Below, piece after piece: positions 57,700 to 64,000 of a stretch of DNA of 64,000 bases. The notes beneath the pieces are model-generated. The model saw only the letters and a list, made by a program, of their open reading frames with translations. It made no database searches and was not told the origin of the DNA. The stretch is from Macrostomum lignano. Lineage: Eukaryota. A program made the position numbers and the translations under genes. Each line of letters opens with the position of its first letter. Position 1 is the first letter of the stretch. The stretch is from NCBI GenBank assembly GCA_002269645.1, contig NIVC01000085.1, positions 496,001 through 560,000 on the forward strand, written 5' to 3'.

Positions 57700-59410
57700 A
57701 TGGCGACAGTGGGAGCTTCGAACGATTCTGAATGCCCAATCTGCATGGGTCTAGTTCAGCGGGCAGTGGTGTCCCGGTGCTGCCGGCACAGGTTCTGCAC
57801 CAACTGCATTGCAGCTGTGCAACAGACTGCTGGGCAGGCTGGCGCGAGTGGCAGGTTTGCATTCTGACGCTGGCTGCTTGCGTTTCTGTCTTATGTCTAT
57901 GGCTTATCTAAGGGATATCTATGGCTAATCTAGTGGATATCTACTATGGATAATCTAGGCAGGGATATCTATGGCTAATCTAGGGGATTTCTATGGATAA
58001 TCTAGGCAGGGATATCTATGGCTAATCTAGGGGATTTCTATGGATAATCTAGGGTGATATCTATGGCTAATCTAGGGGATATCTATGGCTAATCTAGGGG
58101 ATATCAATGGCTAATCTAGTGGATATCTATGGCTAATCTAGGGGATATCTATGGTTAATCTAGGGGCTATCTATGGCTAATCTAGGGGATATCTATGGTT
58201 AATCTAGGGGATATCTATGGATAATCTAGGGGATATCTATGGATAATCTAGGGGATATCTATAGCTAATCTAGGGGATATCTATGGATAATCTAGGGGTT
58301 ATCTATGGTTAATCTAGGGGATATCTATGGATAATCTAGGGGATATCTATGGATAATCTAGGGGATATCTATGGCTAATCTAGGGGTTATCTATGGTTAA
58401 TCTAGGGGATATCTATGGCTAATCTAGGGGATATCAATGGCTAATCTAGTGGATATCTATGGATAATCTAGGGGATATCTATGGCTAATCTAGGGGCTAT
58501 CTATGGCTAATCTAGGGGATATCTATGGTTAATCTAGGGGCTATCTATGGCTAATCTAGGGGATATCTATGGTTAATCTAGGGGATATCTGTGGATAATC
58601 TAGGGGATATCTATGGATAATCTAGGGGATATCTATGGCTAATCTAGGGGATATCTATGGATAATCTAGGGGTTATCTATGGTTAATCTAGGGGATATCT
58701 GTGGATAATCTAGGGGATATCTATGGATAATCTAGGGGATATCTATGGCTAATCTAGGGGTTATCTATGGTTAATCTAGGGGATATCTATGGATAATCTA
58801 GGGGATATCTATGGATAAACTAGGGGTTATCTATGGTTAATCTAGGGGATATCTGTGGATAATCTAGGGGATATCTTGATGAAAAATCTAGGAGGATATC
58901 TATAGCTAGTCTAAGGCATATCTATGGTTAATTCAAGGAATTTCTATGGCTAATCTAGGAGATATCTAAAGGTACTCTAATCCAATGCTTGCCAGTAATC
59001 CATGATTAATTAGCTCCCTCATTAACCGCTCTCCCAGGTGCCCCTACTGCCGTAGCGAGCGCTTCGCATTTGACTCAGTGCGCGAGCCGCCGCCACAACT
59101 TCCACCGCAGCAACCCATCAGGAGGCCGCCGCCACAGGCGTCTGCCAGAATCTACCGGTGCCAAGCAGCCCAGTGCCGGTTCACCGGTACAGAAAACGAC
59201 TTCCTGGATCACCTGGTGAACAGACACAGGCGTGAACTGCTGGATAATCACCATCTGCTCTTCAGACAGCAGCAGCCCCCACAGCAGTACGAAGATCCGC
59301 CAGACCGGAATCCCAGGCTAGCCGAAAATAAAAAGACCTACTGCGGTGGCCCCTTGAATGGCCCGCCTTGCGACTGCTGCAGCGGCGTGTGCGGACCGCA
59401 TGTGGGTTGG
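57700..59410 (+). CDS. RING-HC (C3HC4) protein with a C2H2-like finger and a Cys-rich C-terminal motif; exons 57700-57854 and 59038-about 59410; 3' end disrupted or unclear
   Basis: CPIC...[10 protein letters not shown]|...RCPYC is split by a phase-2 intron (CAG|GTTTGC...CTCCCAG|G), followed by [23 protein letters not shown] and [25 protein letters not shown]. Exon 1 is absent from the ORF track. Confidence 0.8.
57895..58970. repeat. 22-bp minisatellite (ATATCTATGGCTAATCTAGGGG) filling intron 1 of the RING gene
   Basis: Direct tandem copies with GCT/GAT/GTT variants. Confidence 0.93.
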
Positions 59411-59777
<367 letters not shown>

Positions 59778-59872
59778 TTGTAAAGACTGCGATAGTGAAG
59801 GCGGCAGTGTGAGCGCGAAACGAAAGGCTTAAAGCCCCATATGGCCGTGGGCCCAATATATATATATATATT

Positions 59873-62800
59873 TGTTAGGCGACAGTGAACGATGCGTACA
59901 TTCATGAACATGTACATTGCTACGCTATTGATGCTATTGATTAGGACAGAGCGGGCGAGAGAGAGAGAGAGCGCTGGCAACAGGCACCGCCCTGCTAGGC
60001 TAATTCAACTAGGTGGCAATAACACTTCTCCCAAAGCAGAAAGAAACAAAGAGGGGATAAAAGCTCGAATGACAGTCATCGAAGTACTCGTACAATAGTT
60101 CCAGTCCTTAATCAGCCCCAACCCCAAATCAGTCCTTGTAGCTGATTGGCTTGTCTTTGGCCGCGCGGGGATGCGGCCGCTGGGCAATGCCGCATTCTGG
60201 CGGCGTCAGTTCCGCGTTCGCCGCAGCGCCCTCTGCCGCCACCAGCGGGCGGATGTGCGTCAGGTGTCGAGTGCAGGTGCGGTCGCCCTGTTGTAGCACG
60301 TAGGAGTCACCCCGCCTGTCCACGACGGTCCAGGGCTCGACCTCGAAGGGTGTCTGAGTCTTTGTTCGCTGATTCCGCCTCCGTAGCACCGCAGTACCCG
60401 GCCTCACGCTGCAGGCCTTGGCCCTCCGGGAACGGTTGAAGTCCCTGGCCATCACTCTGGTGTAGGCCGAGTGTCGCTGGGTCAGCTGTGTGCGATGATG
60501 GTACACGGGCTGCGAGGGGCGCGCCGACGGGACGGTGTCGTTGAAGGTCCGGCCCATTAGCAATTCGGCCGGCGCGACCCGGTTGCCGAATGAGGAGTGA
60601 CGCGGTATGCGAGGAGCCAGTCGTCTAGGGCACTGCGCCAGCTGCGGCCTTCGGCGATGGCCGCCCTGACGACCTTGTTGACGCATCGGTTGACGCGCTC
60701 GGTCGCTCCGTTGGCCTCCGGGTGCAGCGGGCAGATGCGGCGGTGCTTGACGCCATGCTCAGCGAGAAAGTTGTGGAACTCTGCAGAGTTGAAGGGTGGG
60801 CCGTTGTCGCTTATGATTTCTTGTGGGATGCCGTACCTGCTGAAGAGAGTTTTCAGGTGTGGCAGCACAGCCTCTGCGGAGGTCGAACTGACGATGTTGA
60901 TCTCTGGAAACTTAGAGTAAAGGTCTGTTGTCACTAGCAGCATTTTGTCCTGCACCGGACCGTAGAAGTCCATGCCGAGGACGAGCCAGGCTCCGTCGGG
61001 GAGCTGCGAGGGCTGAAGAGGTGGCGGATTGGTCGTTTTAGGCGACGTTGCTTGGCAGGCGAGGCAGCTTTGCACGAAGACCTGGCAGTCGCCCCTCATG
61101 CCTGGCCACCACACCTTCGTTTGAAGCCGGTCTAGAGTTTTCCGCCAGCACTGATGGCCTTTGTGCGCCAGCTGGAGTACCGAGTGCCGAAGACTCGCTG
61201 GCACGATGATCGAAGAACCGCGAAGCAGAACGCCATCGTGGGCCGACACAGTTCTTGCCGGATGCAGGCAAGCGCACGGAGCTCATGGTCGTTGCTGGTT
61301 CACTGGTTGGTCTGAAGTGCCGAGATGGCTGCCTGAGTGACACCGTCGAGCCTGGCCGCCTGCTTGATTGACTCGAAGCTGAGACCTTGTGGCGTCGATC
61401 CGAGGGCGATGGCGTTGATGAACTGCCGGTCGAGCACTTCGCCGGGGTTGTTGGTTGTCTGCATTTGCGGCTGCCTGCTGAGCACGTCGGCTGGGTTTTG
61501 CGGCCCAGGCTGGTAGATGATGTTGAAGCTGAGGTGCTGCACTCTCAGTGCCATACGCTCGATTCTGGGCGGCGACCGAGACCCCGGCTGGAAGAGTGGT
61601 ACCAGCGGGCGGTGGTCTGTCACGATGGTGAACCTTGGGCAGCCGCTGAGTTAGTGCTCGAATCGGAGGCAGCCAAACTTCACAGCAAGTGCCTCCCGCT
61701 CTATCTGAGCATACCGTTGCTCGACGGCCGTCAGCGATCTGCTGGCGAAGGCGATAGGTCTGCGGACTCCTCTCTTGTCCGTCTGGCTCAGGATAGCGCC
61801 GAGGCCGACCAGCGAGGCGTCCACGTGCACCTCCGTCTCCATGTTGACGTCGAAGAAGGCCAGAATGTTTTCTGAACAAATGGCGGCCCTAGTTTGTTTG
61901 AAGGCTTCTTGCTGCTTGTCCGTCCAGCTCCAGACGTGGCCCTTCTTGAGCAGCTCTCGCATCGGTTGAGTCAGGTCGGAGAAGTTAGGAATGAACCTTG
62001 ACAGGTAGGTTGCCAGCCCAAGGAATGAGCGTAGCTCCGATATGTTCGTGGGCTCCTTGAAGGCCTTGAGCGCCTTTATTTTCTCCTCTGTTGGCTGGAC
62101 GCCGCTGGCGCTGATGCGCATTCCGAGAAATTCGATGGAAGGTTGGGCGAGACGGCACTTATCGGGGTTAAGGGTGATCCCGTGGTCTCTGAGGCGCTGG
62201 AGGCACGCCTTCAAACGGCTGTTGTGTTCGGCCATGTTGCGCGCAAAGATCGTGATATCGTCGTGGGCCCACCTGACACCATTTAGGCTGCTGAGGACTC
62301 CCGTCATGACTCTCTGCAGCACCTCCGACGCGTTGGTGAAACCCATGCTGAGCCTGGTGAGTCGCATGAGGCCCAGCGGGGTGCTGAAGGTGAAGAGGTG
62401 GCGGGACTCCGGGCTCACGGGGATCTGGTGAAAGGCTTTCGTGATGTCTAACTCGCTAAATACGGTCGAGCCCGCCATGTCGTCAGTGATTTCCTCGAAG
62501 GTCGGGATCGGCTGCTTTTCCCGCACGGCAAAAGAGTTCACATTGCGAAGATCCTGGCAAATGCGAATGCCGCCAGACTCCTTTGGCACGACAACCATCC
62601 GGGAGACCCACGGTGAAGGCCCATGCACGCGTTCGATGATGCCTTCATCTAGCAGGAGCTGTAGCTCGTCGATGACGGCCTGTCGCTGGTGGACGGGTAT
62701 CCTGGACGGTGGATGGCACACTGGCACGGCTTCGGGGCGCAGCCGAACGTCGACTTCAACGTCCTTGACCCGGCCAAGGCCTTCAAAAACTGGCTGGAAC

Positions 62801-64000
62801 TCGCGAAGTATGTTGCCTAACCGTAAGTCCGGTTGTAGGTCGTTGTCCAGATTTTGATCGTGTTTGGCGAGTAGCTTCTTCAATGTCGAGGATTCGGCGC
62901 TGTCACGAGGTTTCACAGCGTTGATCTGTCGGGCCGGCTGTTGGATGTGTAGGATTCCCATGTCGAATGCGGTGTTGCGCCCAAGCAGAGTGATGCCACT
63001 GCCCTTGGTGATGAAGAACGGGGCTTGTAGCTCATCTGAGTCGGTGCGGAGAGCTAGATTGGCAAGGCCAAGCACTTGCAGCGGTGTTGATGAGCCATAG
63101 CTGAAGATCTGCTGGGTGGCGCCACGCAGGGGAACGTGCTGCAGGTGTTGGAAGTTCTGCTCGCTCATGACATTGCAGCTCGCGCCGCTGTCGACCAGCA
63201 CGTTGAATTCTTTCCCTTCGATCTGCAGGCGCATGTTGGCCGATCTTTGCCCTGACGACGCAGCCGGCGTCTGTATCGTGAATGCTTCTTCGGTGAGGTT
63301 GTCGGGCGAGACATAGATTGAGCTGCCGTCCGTGTTGTTTGCAACCACATTGATGCTGGAAGAGTTCTGCTGCCGGCGTTGCCTGCAGGCCTTTGCGAGG
63401 TGGTTGGGCTTGCCGCATGACGAGCAGGTCTTCCCTTTCGCGGCGCCGCAGCTGCTGTGGCCGCGCTCTCCACAGCGGTAGCAGGTGGTGTTGGAGGCGA
63501 ATGTCGGCCTCTGGCCGTTTGGCTGTGGCTGGTCTCTGCGCTGGTTTGATCTTGATGCCGACTTGTGAATGGCCGCGATGCTGCTGCTGCTGCTCTCCAT
63601 GGCTGTGGCCTGCTCTTCCGCGGTTTCTAGTGCGCGAGCCTGTCTGAGAGCATCGTTCAATGCAATGTTGCTCTCCTGGAGCAGTCGCCGTCTGAGCTTG
63701 TCGGAGCAGCAAGTTGCGACGATCTGGTCTCTAATGAGAGAATCCTTCAGGGTGGAGAACTCGCAGGCTTCAGCAGCTGCCTTTAGTCTAGCGTACCAGG
63801 CGTCCACTGGCTCTCCAGTCTGCTGCACGCAAAGTCTGAACTGGTTGCGGGCGAAGACGATTGCGTTCGTCAAAGTGTGCTGTAAGAGCGGCCTGCAAGT
63901 TGTTGAGGCTATCTTTCTTGTCGTCCGGCAGGTCCTTGACGATTTGGGCGATCTCCCTGCCTGCTGTGTAGGACAGCAGTTTGCACTTCTGAGTTTCGGC
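59873..64000 (-). mobile_element. Second Ty3/Gypsy family, defective; 3' LTR 59873-60024; 5' part beyond the window
   Basis: LTR TGTTA...TAACA with PPT GGGAGAAG. Gag knuckle CYRCGERGH, LVDSGA, WAHDDI, RNase H DASLVGLGAIL, integrase HKGH...CLAC...DFYGP...SDNGP. Lesions: TAA at 61651, TGA at 61300, frameshifts near 61250, 60579 and 63870. Confidence 0.93.

Overview
Eukaryotic (metazoan, invertebrate-like) genomic DNA with spliceosomal introns. The gene families and repeat style would fit a free-living flatworm such as Macrostomum, but that is inference only. Host genes I could reconstruct by hand: a secreted WSC+PAN/Apple-like protein (5.4-6.2 kb, +); an ankyrin-repeat ORF (8.4-10.0 kb, +) directly upstream of a two-exon Mab-21/cGAS-like nucleotidyltransferase (cGLR; 10.6-13.2 kb, +), possibly one ANK-cGLR gene; an 8-exon SLC22 organic-cation-transporter-like gene (17.6-20.7 kb, -); an Sp6-9 zinc-finger transcription factor (40.9-45.3 kb, -); and a RING-finger gene (57.7-59.8 kb, +). 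The rest is mobile and repetitive DNA: a full-length Ty3/Gypsy with identical LTRs (48.8-53.8 kb), a defective second Gypsy running off the right end, two truncated BEL/Pao copies (one with a nested solo LTR), tRNA-derived SINEs, hAT-type and foldback MITEs, a LINE remnant, a colinear mosaic duplication (28-35 kb) and many mini/microsatellites. Most interesting: the ANK-cGLR candidate immune-receptor locus, and a hidden -1 frameshift signal (G GGA AAC plus predicted pseudoknot and an out-of-frame second zinc knuckle) inside the apparently single-ORF young Gypsy. All coordinates were derived by eye. No rRNA, true tRNA gene or CRISPR array is supported.
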